A stretch of DNA of 64,000 nucleotides from Mobula hypostoma (Eukaryota): NCBI RefSeq assembly GCF_963921235.1, contig NC_086097.1, forward strand, positions 44,394,001 through 44,458,000. Direction: 5' to 3'. The translations under genes were made by a program, and so were the position numbers. Positions 1-14,109 of the stretch are shown in pieces. The notes beneath the pieces are model-generated. The model was given only the letters and a program-made list of their open reading frames with translations. It was not told the DNA's origin and made no database searches. The first letter of the stretch is position 1. The number at the start of each line of letters is the position of its first letter.

Positions 1-657
1 ACAAATGACTTGGATGAGAAAGTGGAATCATGGATTAGTAAATCTGCAGATGACATGAAGGCTGGTGGAGTTGTGAATAGTGAAGAAGGTTGTTTCAGAT
101 TATAATGGAATTGAGACAGGACACAGAGCTGGGTGGAGAAGTTGTAGATGGAGATCGATCTAGAAAAGTGCCAAGTGATACACTTTGGAAGATCAAACCT
201 GAAGGCAGAGTACAAGGTCATAGCAGGATTCTTAGTAGTGTGGAGGTACAGAGGGATCTTAGGCTCCAAGTCCAGAGATTCCTCTAAGATGCCATGCAAG
301 GTGGTTAAGATGGTGTATGGAGTGCTGGCCTTCATTAGTTGGGTGATTATGTTCAAGAGCCTTTAGGTAATGTTTCAGTTCTATAAAACTCTGGTTAGAA
401 ATGTTATAGCTACTTTGAAATATTGTGTTCAGCTATGGTTGCTTCATTATAGGGTATATATGGAAGCTTTAAAGAGGATGCAGAGGAGAATTACCAGGAT
501 GCTGCCTGATTTAAAGAGCAAGTCTTATGCAGAAAGCTTAGGCTTTTTGCTTTGGAGGGAAGGATGAGTGGAGACTTAATAGAGGTAGATAATATTATGG
601 GAGGCAAAGATAGAGTGGACAGCCACCATCTTTTTCCCAGTATGACAATGGCCACCT
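1..657 (+). mobile_element. CR1 LINE 3' fragment (decayed RT C-terminus); continues at ~4706-4975 after nested insertions
   Basis: ORFs 148-366 and 370-567 carry CR1 ORF2 motifs (KCQVIHFGRSN; YKTLVR...YCVQLW). The CR1 3' end resumes after 4718. A 13-bp direct repeat ACAATGGCCA(C/T)CT at 645-657 and 4706-4718 brackets the interruption. Confidence 0.85.
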
Positions 658-700
658 GAGGCCCTGTGTTGGTCAGGGTCAACCATGGATATTGTGTCTT

Positions 701-3700
701 CACAAGATCACAAGACAAAGGAGCAGAAGTAGGCCATTCGGCCCATCGAGTCTGCTCCACCACTCCACCATGAGCTAAACTATTCTCCCATCTAGTTCCA
801 ATTTCCAGCTTTTTCCCCATATCCCTTGATACCCTGACTAATTAGATACCTATCAATCTCCTCCTTAAACACCCTCAATGATCAGGCCTCCACAGCTGTA
901 TGTGGCAATGAATTCCATAAATCCACATCCCTCTGGCTAAAAAAATTTCTCCTCATCTCTGCTTTAAATGGGTACCCTCTAATTCTAAGACTGTGGTCTC
1001 TTGTCCTGGACTCACCCACCAAGGGATACAGCCTTTCCACATCTACTCTGTCCAACCCTTTCAACATTCAAAATGTTTCTATGAGATTCCCTCTCATTCT
1101 TCTATACTCTAATGAATACAGTCCAAGAGCCGACAAACGCTCCTCATATGTTAGCCCCTGCATTCCAGGAATCATCCTCGTAAATCTTCTCTGAACTCTC
1201 TCCAACATCAGAACATCCCTTCTAAGATAGGGGGCCCAAAACTGCACACTGTATTCCAAATGAGGTCTCACCAGTGCCCCATACAGCCTCATCAACACCT
1301 CCTTACTCTTATACACTATTCCTCTTGAAAGCATTTGCTTTCCTTACTGTCAATCCAACCTGGTGGTTAACCTTTAGGGTATCCTGCATGAGAACCCCCA
1401 AGTCCCTTTGCACTTTCGATTTTTGAATTTTCTCCCCATCTAAATAATAATCTGCCTGATTATTTCTTCTTCCAAAATGTACAACCGTACATTTCTCAAC
1501 ATTGTATCTCGTCTGCCATTTCTTTGCCCACTCTCCGAAACTGACCAAGTCTCTCTGCAACCTTTCCATTTCTTCAACACTTCCCGCTCTTCCACCTATC
1601 TTGGTGTCATCCGCAAATTTAGCAACAAAACCATTTAATCCATAATCTAAATCATCGATATACATTGTAAAAAGAAGCGGCCCCAACACCGACCCCTGCG
1701 GAACACCACTAGTAACCGGCAACCAATCGGAATAGGATCCCTTTATTCCCACTCCTTGCTCTTTGCCCATCAGCCAATGCTCCACCCATTCCAATACCTT
1801 TTCTGTAATTCCACGGGCTCTCATCTTATTAAGCAGCCTTTTATGCAGCACCTTATCAAAAACCTTTTGAAAATCCAAATACACAACATCCACAACCTCT
1901 CCCTTGTCAATCTTATTTGAGATTACCTCAAAAAATTCCAATAGATTGGTGAGACAGGATCTTCCCTTCATGAAACCATGCTGGCTTGGGCCTATCTTGT
2001 TATGCAACTCGAGGTATTTCATAACCTCGTCCTTGAGGATTGACTCCAATAACTTTCCAACTACCGATGTCAGACTAATTGGTCCATAATTTTCTTTTTG
2101 CTGCCTCCCTCCTTTCTTAAACAGCAGAACTACATTTGAAACCTTCCAGTCCTCTGGAACCATGCCAGAGTCTATTGATTCCTGGAAGGTCATTTCCAAT
2201 GCTTCCACGATCTCCAAAGTCACCTCCTTCAGAACCCGTGGGTGCACCTCATCTGGTCCGGGAGGCTTAATCTTTTCTTAGTCCATTTAGCTTCCCAAGC
2301 ACTTTTTCTTTAGTAATCTTGACTGTACCTAATTCTATTCCCTGAGACCTCTGGCTATCAGGTATGTTGCTAATGCCTTCCACTGTGAAGACTGATGCAA
2401 AATACCCATTTAGTTCCTCTGCCATCTCTTTGTTACCCATTATAATTTCTCCAGCATCATTTTCAGTTGGTCCTATATCTACCCGTGTCACTCTTTTATT
2501 CTTCATATATTTTTTAAAAACTCTTAGTATCCTTTTTTATGTTAATTGCCAACTTCCTTTCATAATTCATCTTTTCTTTCCTATTGACTTTCTTAGTTTC
2601 CTTCTGTAAGTTTTTAAAAGTCATCCAGTCCTCAGTTTCCCACTAATTTTTGCTTCCTTGCACACTGTCTCTTTTGCTTTTATTTTAACCTTAACCTCTC
2701 TCGTTAGCCACATTTGTGCCATTTTTCCATTCATGACTTTTTTTCTTGGAATATATTTGTCCTGCACTTTCCTTATTTCTTGTAGGAATTTCATCCAATT
2801 CTGCTCTACCATCCCTCCATCTAGCTTACTTTTCCAATCGACTTGGGCCAGTTCCTCTCTCATACCACTGTAATTTCCTTTGTTCCACTGAAATATCGAT
2901 ACACCTGATACCAGCTTCTCCTTTTCAAATTTGAAACTGAACTCAATCATATTATGATCACTACTTCCAAGGGGTTCCATTACCTCCAGCTCCCTAATCG
3001 CCTCCGGTTCATTACACAACACCCAATCCAAAACGGCCAATCCCCTGGTGAGCTTTTGGACAAGCTGCTCCAAAAAGCCATCCTGTAGGCATTCTACAAA
3101 CTCCGTCTCCTGAGATCCAGTACCTTCCTGACTCTCCCAATCCACTTTCATATTAAAATCCCCCATAATTATCTTGATATTTTCCTTCTGACACGCTTTT
3201 TCTATTTCCAGCTGCAACTTGTAGTCCACATCCCGGCTGCTGTTTGTAGGCCTGTATATAACTGCTATCTTTTTACCCTTGGCATTTCTTAACTCGACCC
3301 AGAAGGATTCTACCTCTTCTGATCCTATGTCCCTCCTTTCTAGTGATTTGATATCGTTGCTTACCATCAGGGCCACGCCACCTCCTTTACCTATCTTCCT
3401 ATCTTTCCTATTGTTACGTACCCCGTAACTGGGTTGCCAAACCAGCAGAAATGGATCACTCAGTTGGAGTCTGGATTACTAGAACTAAGAAAGTTTTATT
3501 AAAGAAACAAGCAACACAGTAATCGAAAGGATAATAAATGCAACAGTTCAGCAATGATAAACACGCATGTGCACAGAATTAAGATAACAGCATCAATCAA
3601 GCTCTATCGTTGTCTAGGGGTAAATGACCAAATTTCAAAGTGACACAAAAGTTCAGTCCAATTTAGTTCAGTTCGCAGTAATCGTTGCCATGGCGATGGA

Positions 3701-4401
3701 CAACATGGGGGGAGGGAGAGAGAGAACGGGAACGACTAATCATTCAGAAACGGCTTCCACTCGCAGACCGGCGATATTGCTCACAAGCAGCTTTTGGGCG
3801 GGTCCTTGGTGATGTCACCTGAGGTCACCGACTGTGACCCCTCCTCCAGCTGCGGTCGATCCTCTGCAGTGAACCCGGCACCCAAGCGAGGGTGGATACA
3901 CACCGGGTTCCCGCTGATCGTACCTTTCCACCCTGTGTGTTTAAGGTCCGGTACGTCCCACCGACTCGTGAGAGGCGCACCGCTTCTAGGGTCTTGTTAC
4001 CTCGGGTGTCGTGTGTGTCCTGCCTTAGCGAACCTGTCCCTTTTTATCCCCCTGCTGGGGTATCGCCTGTCCGTCACTTCAAACAGTTCAGGGTTCAAAG
4101 GGGGAGCCGCTCCAGACAGCTCTCCCTCTCCCGTCCCTTCATTACACATCTCCAGAGGCTGCTTCATTGTTCCTTATCTCTCCTCCCCCTGAGGACAGGT
4201 GGCAGACCAACTGCTGATGCCACTGATGCTAACCCAGGCCAGCAAACGTCTTAATTTTATGTGTATTCTCGTCACACTATACACTGTGTATCCTTGAACA
4301 TTCAGCTCCCAATCACATCCATCATTTAGCCATGACTCGGTGATGGCCACAATGTCATATCTTTTAACCCTTAGCTGTACAACAAAGTCATCCACTTTAT
4401 T
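701..4401 (-). mobile_element. CR1 LINE, near-complete ORF2 (APE endonuclease + RT) with frameshifts
   Basis: ORF 1309-2247 has RT motifs (YLDFQKVFD, GVPQGSVLGPLLF, FADD). ORF 2621-3376 has endonuclease motifs (MGDFN, LDWVL, SDHNMI). The EN N-terminus (IVAITESW) lies at 4277-4401. An 8-bp tail repeat (CACAAGAT) starts at 701. Confidence 0.95.
3412..4276 (-). mobile_element. Solo LTR (865 bp) related to the Gmr1-type LTR at 26713
   Basis: TG...CA termini and a 4-bp TSD CTAT (3408-3411, 4277-4280). It interrupts the CR1 EN frame. Its minus-strand end TCCATTTCTGCTGG...ACGGGGTACGTAACA resembles the U5 end of the 26713 LTR. AATAAA on the minus strand at 3495-3500. Confidence 0.9.
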
Positions 4402-6085
4402 TCTTAGCTGTCTATGTGATACGCAAGCCAAAATATGGAGAGCAAGTTGTTGCCCATGCAGCAGGCTCCCCCTCTCCACTCTGCTGATGAATCCCAAGGA
4501 ACGGCAGAGACCAATACTATATGGCACCAGCCTTTGCTCCTTCTCCTATCAGTAAAAGTGGTTCCACTGGGCTTAGTAGCTAAGCCACACATGAAGCTGG
4601 ACTTGGTTGTCAGAGGCTGATTGAGAAGCACACCATTAGGAGCAGTTAATAAATAGCGGGAGCTTTTCTCCACTACCAGCTCCAGCTATAACAACCTTAA
4701 GGAACACAATGGCCATCTATCAGGTTAGTGTGAGTGGGGGAAAGTTTAGGAGAGATATCAGAGGTAGGATCTTTCACAGAGAGTGTTGGGTGCCTTTTAC
4801 AATAGGGACATTTAAGAGACTCCTAGATACGCACAGGGATGTAAGAAAAATGGAGGGTTATGGGTTATGTAGAAAGGAAGGGTTAGATTGATCAGGGAGT
4901 AGGTTTATATAGGTTGGCACAACATTGTAGGATAAAAGGCCCATAATGTCCTGTACTGTTCTCTGTTCTAGTTCTATAATTTATGCATTTTCACATTCTT
5001 AAATATGTGAATTTATCATAACCTGAAAAGCTCACTAGCTTTGGGGATTTTCCACTGAACAAGGAGTGGGAATCAAAAAAATTAAGCCCAGCACTTTCTT
5101 TGTCTGTTTATTATCAACTCTAGAGTCAAAGGAAATATCAGGTGGCTAGAATCGACCTATTGGATGCTTGTAGCTAATTAGGTGGCAATGTGAGATACAA
5201 AGGCTACTTTTTATTCAGGTTGGAACTCTTTAGACCAGCATCCTTAGGACTTCACGGATGCCAGACCACAGATATTGACCACGAGCATCTTCCTCTGAGA
5301 AGGCAAACTGTTCCAAATATAGGCACTGCTTCCAGCAACTGGTAGTAACCTGAAGCTTCTGTAAACTGGCTATCTATTAGATCACTGTCAGCGGCACTGC
5401 TAGATTAGTTAGCTAAAGGTTAGTACAGACCTCAGTCAATTTTAGATTTTAGTTAGTTCTGACTTAGAATTTATTAATTGGCACAGATCTGTACTACAGA
5501 TTCAAAACACGCTGGATTACGGGAATTGACAGATCACAGAATGCCAAACTAGAGAGTTTCAACCTGTATTAAAAACTGAGCACATCACAAGTTTTCAGTA
5601 GCGAACAATTGCTCAAATTGTTTCTCTTTATATCAGTCAAGCCAAGAGCACTGCTTGTCAGTTTGATATCCAAACTATATTAAATATGCTGCAATACAGC
5701 ACACAGTGATTTCAGATTACATTAATCTAAACATTATAAAACATTCCAAAACAGGTTAAAATTCTTCTCACATTTTTATATCAGTTGTGTATTGTGTTAT
5801 CAGGTCTTGAAATTTAATATCTCCCTTCCCTTTAATCTCTAGATACTATTTGCACATCCTTGATATATTTATTAAAATGATGCTTGCTATCAATTTTGAA
5901 ATGGTTAGATGCCAAAGAAACATTCTGACAACAGCGTGACAACATGCATTGCAAAAATGTGATCAGAATTTAGGATGAAATTATAGTTCACTTGACTAGA
6001 CAGGTTCTGTGAATGGTTATTTCCCAAGACAACTCACTTATTAGTACTCGAGTATATACCTAAAATGGTCCAACCTAGAGGTATA

Positions 6086-6440
6086 GTAGGAAGCCATCGA
6101 TCCCAGGGGATCATGGGTTTGTGCCTCTGGTGGACTGTGTCCTCTCCTGGGCGCAAGCCTGGGCGGGAAGATTTGAAGAACCAGCTGTTGTCCATGCAGT
6201 GGGTTCCCCCTCTCTATGTCACTGATGTAGTCCAAGGGAAAGGCAACCACCGATACAGCTCGACACCAGTATCGTCGCAGAGGTTGCCAGAGTGAAGTTG
6301 TAAATGACATCAAACTGCCTTAGGGACACCGGCTCCAGATTTCTTCCTCAGGGTTACTCCCGAAGGCTTTCCCATGGGTGGGTAAAGCCGCAAGGCAGCA
6401 GAGGTTTGAAATCAGGGTTTTCCTTCTCCTAGGCGGGCTG
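6086..6440 (-). mobile_element. RTE-type SINE-like element
   Basis: 12-bp TSD CCTAG(A/G)GGTATA at 6074-6085 and 6441-6452. The minus strand begins with CTAGGAGAAGGAAAACCCTGATTTCAAACC, resembling RTE-clade 5' ends. Homologous to 4402-4705. Confidence 0.65.
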
Positions 6441-7621
6441 CCTAGGGGTATACAATACATTAAAAAATTGAACACACATTCACCTACATTAGAAAAAGCA
6501 AAGAAAAACTGCTGACAGGTTTCTCCTCAAATACTACTGCTCAGTTTATATATTGAAAGCAGAAATTGTTTTGCTTAGTTATGATAATGACTCAACAATT
6601 GCTGCCAATTACCGCATCTCACCAGATTTATTAAATTCTAAATGTGACTAGTTTTGATAGCTTCTATTGCTGCTTTTGAAATTAAAAATAATGTGGTTAG
6701 TTGCTCCATCAGGAATTGGCACAGTCGTAAAACAATAAAGATCCATCAGATTTAAGACAGAACATAAATGTTATTTGAGGAAAGAAGTTAAACAGATGAT
6801 TAACCAAATGTTCAATACTTCTCACTGGATTAGTCATTGGGTTAGTGTTTCCTTTGAGAATCTAGAGTTCTGCACAACACATACTGCTCAGTTGATTTAT
6901 CATTTTGGTGTCCAATTAAAAACCTTCATTTAAAAAAAAATCTAAATAATGAAACAGTTCAGCATGGAAGGCTAAAACTACAAAAAAAAACATTAAGGGG
7001 ACTGGGAAGCACTTGATGGTTAAGATATAGCTTGCTATCATATCAAGGTTGCTATCAGTATTAACTACAGTCGATCACAAAGAATAGCAAGTGACAACCA
7101 GTAATTTAAAGATTCAAACTACATTTATTATCAAAGTTATGTAGGTAATATTCAACCCTGAGATTCGTCTTCCCACAGACAGTCTCGAAACAAAGAAAAT
7201 CCACTGAACCCACTCAAAGGAAAACATCAAACCCACATCATACTAAAAAAAACATAAATCATGCAAACAAAAATAAAAAAAAGAACGAAAACCACAGAAT
7301 ATAAAACACCAAACCCTAAGGTCATCGAAAGAATCCAGTCACATACAATTTAGCTCAGTTTAGTACAATCTAGCACTGTCGTTCATTAACTCAGGCCACA
7401 GATTCAGTCCACCCAGATCAAAATTGCACAAAATAACAACAGAAAAAGGAGAGATCAGAAACCAGAAACTCATCATATCATGAACTACAGAGTCCAATCC
7501 ACAAACCGCATCAATTAAATCTTGCCCAAGATCAAGGATTCCAGCAGTCACTCCCTGAACAACAGGAACAGAGAGATCGGACACACGCATACACCTTCAT
7601 CTGGGAGCAGTGAGCGAGTGG

Positions 7622-7646
7622 GAGAGAGAGAGAGAGAGAGAGAGAC
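7622..7646. repeat. (GA)n microsatellite
   Basis: Run of GA dinucleotides seen directly. Confidence 0.9.
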
Positions 7647-8240
7647 AGACCATTGGAACGTAGGTAGGTGGCACTGAACACCCATCTACCTTCTGCTGTC
7701 ATCCTTGATGATTTTCAGTCTTCCTCGACACTTTAATCAGCAAACTCTGAGAAAACTGGAGGCTTCTTGCCCGTGAGGCCACACACTTTTCTTGAAGCCG
7801 CTCCAAACTCCCACAGAGAAAGCAAAGCACCAGATTGCTCAATTGACCCAAAAACACACCAACAGAGTATAGACCATAGGCTCCAACAGGAACGGAACTA
7901 TATTTAAGTAACAGAAGTGAAAGAAGTAATTTCGAGAACCGTCTGAAGGATGTTGCCCTTGGTTGCGGTGTTCTCTGGCCCCATGTTCTTCTGGAAGAAA
8001 ATCTGGAAGGATTAATGATTTTGCAACTGTTTTAAGAGGGTGATGGCACCACAGAGTGGTAAGTTTTTGTGTGCAGCTCCCAAGAGAATTAAAACTTTCT
8101 CCCATTTACAACTACTACAGCTGAAATCTACAGTCACAGTCTCTGCAGCATTGGTTTAAGTCATTTAAATCTACTATCGTTTTTTTTTCAGAACCTGCAG
8201 ATTTGGGACTCCTGTCCACCCAGCAGACGAGTCCTAATAA

Positions 8241-9085
8241 ATTATAGCCGCTGTCTTGCCTTCTTTATAACTACATCGATACGTTGGGACCAGGTTAGAT
8301 CCTCAGAGATCTTGACACCCAGGAACTTGAAGCTGCTCACTCTCTCCACTTCTGATCCCTCTATGAGGATTGGTATGTGTTCCTTTGTCTTACCCTTCCT
8401 GAAGTCCACAACCAGCTCTTTTGTCTTACTGACGTTGAGTGCCAGGTTGTTGCTGCAACACCACACCACTAGTTAGCATATCCCACTCCTGTGTGCCCTC
8501 TCATCACCACCTGAGATTCTACCAACAATGGTTGTATTGTCAGCAAATTTATAGATGGCATTTGAGCTATGGCTAGCCACACAGTCATGTGTATATAGAG
8601 AGTAGAGCCGTGGGCTAAGCACACACCCCTGAGGTGCGCCAGTGATGATTGTCAGTGAGAAGGATAAGTTATCACCAATCCACACAGACTACGGTCTACC
8701 GGCTAGGAAGTCGAGGATCCAATTGCAGAGGAAGGTACAGAGGCCCAGGTTCTGCAACTTCTCAATCAGGATTGTGGAAATGATGGTATTAAATGCTCAG
8801 CTATAGTCAATGAACAGCATCCTGGCATAGGTGTTTGTGTTGTCCTGGTGGTCTAAAGCCATATGGAGAGCCATTGAGATTACATCTGCTGTTGGCCTAT
8901 TGTGGCGATAGGCAAATCGCAATGGGTCCCGGTCCTTGCTGAGACAGGAGTTCAGTTTGGTCATAACCAACCTCTCAAAGCATCTCATCACTGTCGATGT
9001 GAGTGCTACCAAGCAATAGTCATTAAGGCAGCCCATGTTAATCTTCTTAGGCACTGGTATAATTGTTACCTTTTTGTAGCAACTG
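8241..9085 (-). mobile_element. Rex1/Babar-type LINE RT fragment
   Basis: ORFs 8797-9138, 8473-8685 and 8242-8469 carry VALTSTVMRCFERLV, MLFIDYS, GAPQGCVLSP, KFADNT and LNVSKTKELVVDFRK. Confidence 0.85.
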
Positions 9086-9139
9086 GAGGTCCTTAATAAT
9101 GGATGCCAGGTATCCAGGTATATCCTACAGAAGGTCATC

Positions 9140-10810
9140 GAGTGAGCACAAAGGCAATTCTGTGTGAAGTTAGAGACACAAATGAACGCATGTCAACTGT
9201 GACAGAGTTTACATGCCATTACTCCCCACAAGGCAAAACCGTTCAGGATAAATGGCTGTGATGCTTCACTCTCCGATGAGTTCAATGCCTTTTCGTTTTG
9301 AAAACTTTGAAAGAGAGAATAACACTAAGCCTGGGCAAATCCCCTCAGTATCTGGCAATCCTGTGATCTCTGTCTCATAGTTGGACATCAGAATATCCTT
9401 CAAGAGACTGAATCCTTGCGACATGGTATACCTGGCAAGGTACTGCATATCTGCACTGATCAACCAACTGGAACATTCAAGGACATTTGAGATTGCCACT
9501 TGCTTCAGAAAGGCATCAATCATCTTGACGCCCAAGAAGAGCGGGTCTGTTCTACAATTATTGCCTGGTACAATGAAGTGCATTGAGAGGTTGGTCATGG
9601 CTAGAATTAACTCCTGCCTAATCAAGGACCTGGACCCGGACCCGGACCCGCTACAATCTGCCTCCTGCCACAGAAGATCTACAGCAATGCAATTTTACTG
9701 GCTCTCCACTTGGCCTTGGAGCATCTAGACATCAGTAAAGCATATTGATTACAGCTCAGCGTTCAACACCATTATCCTCTTGCTACTGATCAACAAGCTT
9801 CAAAACCTGGGCCTCCCTTTGCAACTGCATGTTCATCTTTCTTATTGGGAAACCACAGTGTGGTTTGTAATCACATCATCGCCTCAATGACAATCAACAC
9901 AGGCGTGTATGCTTAGCCCTCTGTTCTACTCTTGCTACACTTATGAATGTGGCTTGGCACAGCTCAAATGGCATCTGAAAATCGGTGATAACACCAGTTA
10001 TTGGCAGAATTTCAGATGGTGGGGAAGCATACAGGAGTGAGACAGATTGGCTGGTTGAGTGATATTACAACATTCATGCACTCAGTGTCAGCAAGATCAA
10101 GGAATTGTTTGTGGACTTCAGGAAGGGGAAGTCAGAATCAGAACCAGGTTTATTATCACTGGCATGTGACATGAAATGTGTTAACTTAGCAGTAGCTATT
10201 CAATGCAATACACAATATGAAAGAAAAAAAACAATAAATCAACTGCAGTATACGCCTACCGAACAGACCAAAAACAGTGCAAAAAAACAGAAACTCTAGA
10301 TATTGAAAAAAATATAGAAGTCAGGAGAACACACACCAATCATCATTAAGAGGTCAGCAGTAGAAAATAGGAGCAGCTTCAAGCTCCTGGGCTTCAGCAT
10401 CTCAGAGGACCTATCCTGGGCCCAACATGTTGATGCAATAATGAAAAAGGCACACTGGCAACTCTCTTTTACTAGGAGTTTAAAGAGATTTGGTCTGTCA
10501 CCAAAGACCCTTGAAAATTTCAACAGTACAGTGGAGAGGTTCTGACTGGTTGTATCATGGCCTGGTATGGAGCCTCCAATGCTTGAGATTGCAAGAAGCT
10601 GCAGTGGGTTGCACATTCAGCCAGTCCTATCACGGGCACCAAGGACATCTTCAAGAGGCGGGTCCTCAAGAAGGCAGTATCCATTATTACAGATCTTCAC
10701 CATGAGGGACATGCCTTCTTCAGTTTACTACCATCTTGAAGGAGGTACAGGAGCCTGGTACATATTTGATAATATAAGTCAGTGATAACAAACATGATTC
10801 TAATTCTGAA
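9140..10810 (+). mobile_element. Rex1/Babar-type LINE, decayed
   Basis: ORF 9381-9728 has MKCIERLVMARINS and ORF 10105 has FVDFRKGK. A short tail repeat (TGATTCTAATTCTGA) lies near 10795-10810. Confidence 0.7.
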
Positions 10811-13800
10811 CTGCTTCAGGCCCAATTGATATTAAAGTAAATCAAGAATGTGACTTCAAAGTCAAAATAAGATTATTGTCAAAGCACGAATACACTCAGT
10901 GCCTATATTATTCAAGAGTCAGGATTGTTTAATGTTGTAATATCCCCTGTTCCGGTTTAAGATGGTGCTAGTGAGATACAGCGATGCCTTACTAGCAGCA
11001 AATAAATCTTCTAACTTCTCTGTTAATCACCCTTTTTCTGCACAACAATCACTGCAATCAATAGCCTATAACTTCCCCTTTGGAGTTGTGCTTTTGAACT
11101 ACCTGTATGACCTGCCGTTTTTGCAGTGTGAAATGGAGTTTCAAACATGCTGTAGGTTGCGGCATAGTGGGTACAGGCCAAACCAAGGCAGTAGGGTCCA
11201 CGCCCAAGAGTGACGAATGAACTGATGACTGTCCATTGCTGGAGTGGACCGGGGCTGAATCAAAGCAGCAGGACCCGGGCAAAGAGTGAGGAATGAGCTG
11301 ATGTCTATCCATTGCAGGAGTGGACCGGGGAAAAGAGGGAGGAACGAGCCAATGTTTGGCTGATTTAAGCACCAGGCCAGATTGAAAAGGTCAGAGTGTT
11401 GGAGCCAAAGGCAAAGGATGGGCTGGTGTTTAGCTTGCTGCTCTCCAAGGTTTACTCATCTCTGCGCTGAACTGAGGCTGTGGCCTGTAACTAATGGGCT
11501 CCTGGAATGACTGCAGAGATGAACTGGCTGTTGATTCACTTTTGTTAACTTTAGTTCTGAGTGTTATTTATTTACTTTTTATAAGTAGAACACTTTGATT
11601 AGTCCCTACAAAACCAGAGGATGATTTTATAAACATGTTTGGTGAATAAAGTGGCAATTCTGCAAGTGGAGCATGTGGACACCCACAAATCTACAAGTCT
11701 TGAAGGGGTCTTCTCAGTTAAAAAAACTCAGTTATCCTTAGTCACCCGAGCTAGGGCTTTGGCATTTCTCCTTTCTTGTTTTAAATCCCTAGCCTTTGTC
11801 CTTGCTATTCGTCTGGACTGCCAGCTCTACCCTTTTTCAAATGGCTCATACATCTAGGCTAAACCATACTTTTTGTTTGTCAACAGCAGACAATGGTGGG
11901 GCAAGACTGCAGATAGTGTGACCCACATGATTAAATCATTCAGTACCAGTTATTAAAGCTTTTTTTGCTATGGTGTATATCAAGATAAAGGAGATCTATC
12001 AACTTGTTCTACTGTACAACTGTGCAACTTTGCCCTCTGACAATGTCTCCCAATCTCCGCATTTACTAAACCACATGCATGTTCTCCCAAATCTTTTTCA
12101 TACTTGAACTTAGTTCCTCACAGCTGCTCTTCTCCATTCGATTTCACAGAACAGTTGTTCCTGCACAAAAGTGTGAGCTGTTCGGGTCATCTCTATTTGA
12201 AGCAGTGGTGAATTGTTACAGTTCGGAGATCGGCTGCTGGGCTCTGTCAGGAAACACCAGCTAACATCTGGTTAAAGACTTCTATGTTCCCAAAAATGTA
12301 CATGCCAGTCTTTAATTTGCTGACACCTATGCTGGGTAATGTTGGTAGTTCTGCACATAAATGCCAGCTTCTCGCAGCAACAACTGGGCTGCTACGACTT
12401 TAAGGTGGTCCTCATCAAACTTCAAGGTATACGGTAGTAAAGCAGTCAGAAATTCAAGTTATGAAATGGGTCATGTTGGAGAGCTTTTTCAAAGTATTAG
12501 CAGAAGAATGAAAGCCTGAAGAGCCAGCTTCTCCAATATATGACACACTAAAGACAATTAAAATCTTGATAGAGATACCAAAAATCTTTTTTTCTTAAAT
12601 TGAGTGACAGTTTCAAAATGAGAAAGAGAGTGAAACTCGAGGATGATGACAAAATTATCAGCCAGGGAGTTATCCAGATTGGAATGGCACTTTAAGCCCT
12701 TCACATTATCCATAATGCAGACTTCATTACAGGCAAATTTAACACCACTGATGAAGCTTTATGCTGCAAGCACTGAAGCTAATTTTCCAATCAGTCAAGC
12801 CACAGTGCTTAGACAAATCACAGATCATTTATAGCCATTATGATAAAAACAAATCCTTTATAATCAAAGTTATGCTGTTTTACAGTCATCACTCATTATA
12901 TAGATCATGCATTTAGAAAAATACATGATCTATATCAATACATAATAATGATTATAAAGATCAACACGAGGGCAAATTTCTTGGCCATGAAATATTTGAT
13001 GTATCACTGGTTAAAAAGTTTTGTGATAGAAGATTAGTCTTTCTGCAGAAGTGCCAATACAATATACATATTATTTTTAGTGATCACACACTTTACATCG
13101 GTGTTGCAATGAATAAGGGTACAATTCTCACAACAGAATAATGTTAAGATAACACTATGGCTCTTAAGGAACTATCTTGAAGAAGTGATGGCTGATCCTA
13201 AGGAACTGCTGTCCCTTGACAGCAAATGGAAAATATAAGATTTTAGGAAAACAAAGCACCAAATGGGGGAAATGCAGTTACATTAAAATAAATTCTTCAT
13301 AAATGATATCGAGTAGGAAATCAAATCTGCATTTGTTCTTATACATGAACAGCAGGTTTTGGCATGACTTCTATTTACATATCTTTCTCTTAAATCACTG
13401 ACCAGCAAAAAAAGTGAACTTTTATGTAGTATAAATGAGCTATGCTTTTGCTTTTTTATTCTTCTCCTTATGCAATCACTCATGGTCAAAGATGACTTAC
13501 CCGTATTCCAGTTCTAGATGACATAAGATCTGCAGACTCTACCACATGCAACAGAAAATACTTAATTAGATGGGTGAATAGATAATATGGGGTGCAGAGT
13601 TACATCTACCCCTTGCGTTGGACTTCATTGTGAAACTGATTAAGATTCTTTAAGGTTCTTTACTGCCATATCAGCTATCCTTTCCCTAATTTGATTGGAC
13701 ATGGGACAGGAATACTCTCAAGTTAGTGAAGCTACTTATTTTCAGTGAAGTTTCGAGAACACCCTTGAAGCATTCCTCTGTTCTGATGATTTTTTGTTCT

Positions 13801-14109
13801 AAGTATCTGTACTGAGTCTGCTGCTGAGCACGCAAACAAAATGCTTTTGAGAGTACTTCTCCATGTGTTCAGCTGCCTGGTGTAGGTGGCTCAGCATTCA
13901 AGAGAGCAGGGACCATTGCCACCTAGTGGAATCTACAGTTCTGTGCTCAATTTGAGGTCTAAATCTGCAACTGTTTCCACAGATGGCCAAAGGACGTGCA
14001 CTGGACATGGTGGTAAATTTCATTAGCAATGTCTGGCGTGCCTCATAGGTGGCTCCCAGGGTATGTAACAAGTTACTTTGTAGAGTCTTCGATATCTTGT
14101 GGTATTATA

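Larger units (their letters stand above)
658..4705 (-). mobile_element. RTE-type SINE-like non-autonomous element (658-700 plus 4402-4705), split by a CR1 insertion
   Basis: Bounded by the 13-bp TSD. The two halves join as GATATTGTGTCTT|AGCTGTCT. The segment TGTTGCCCATGCAGCAGGCTCCCCCTCTCCAC...TCCCAAGGAA is shared with copies at 6086-6440 and ~21040-21340. Family and strand are inferred. Confidence 0.6.

Noticed and set aside
6086..6440. Possible HDV-like ribozyme at the 5' end of the RTE-type element
   Set aside because: I could not build the nested double pseudoknot by eye; a descriptor-based search would be needed.
13495..13560. Minus-strand donor CGG|GTAAGT with an upstream HLELEYG peptide as possible WDR25 coding exon 2
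   Set aside because: No frame matches the expected VWNAV...HLTDLETG exon, and the phase-compatible frame has a stop. The true exon is probably left of the window.
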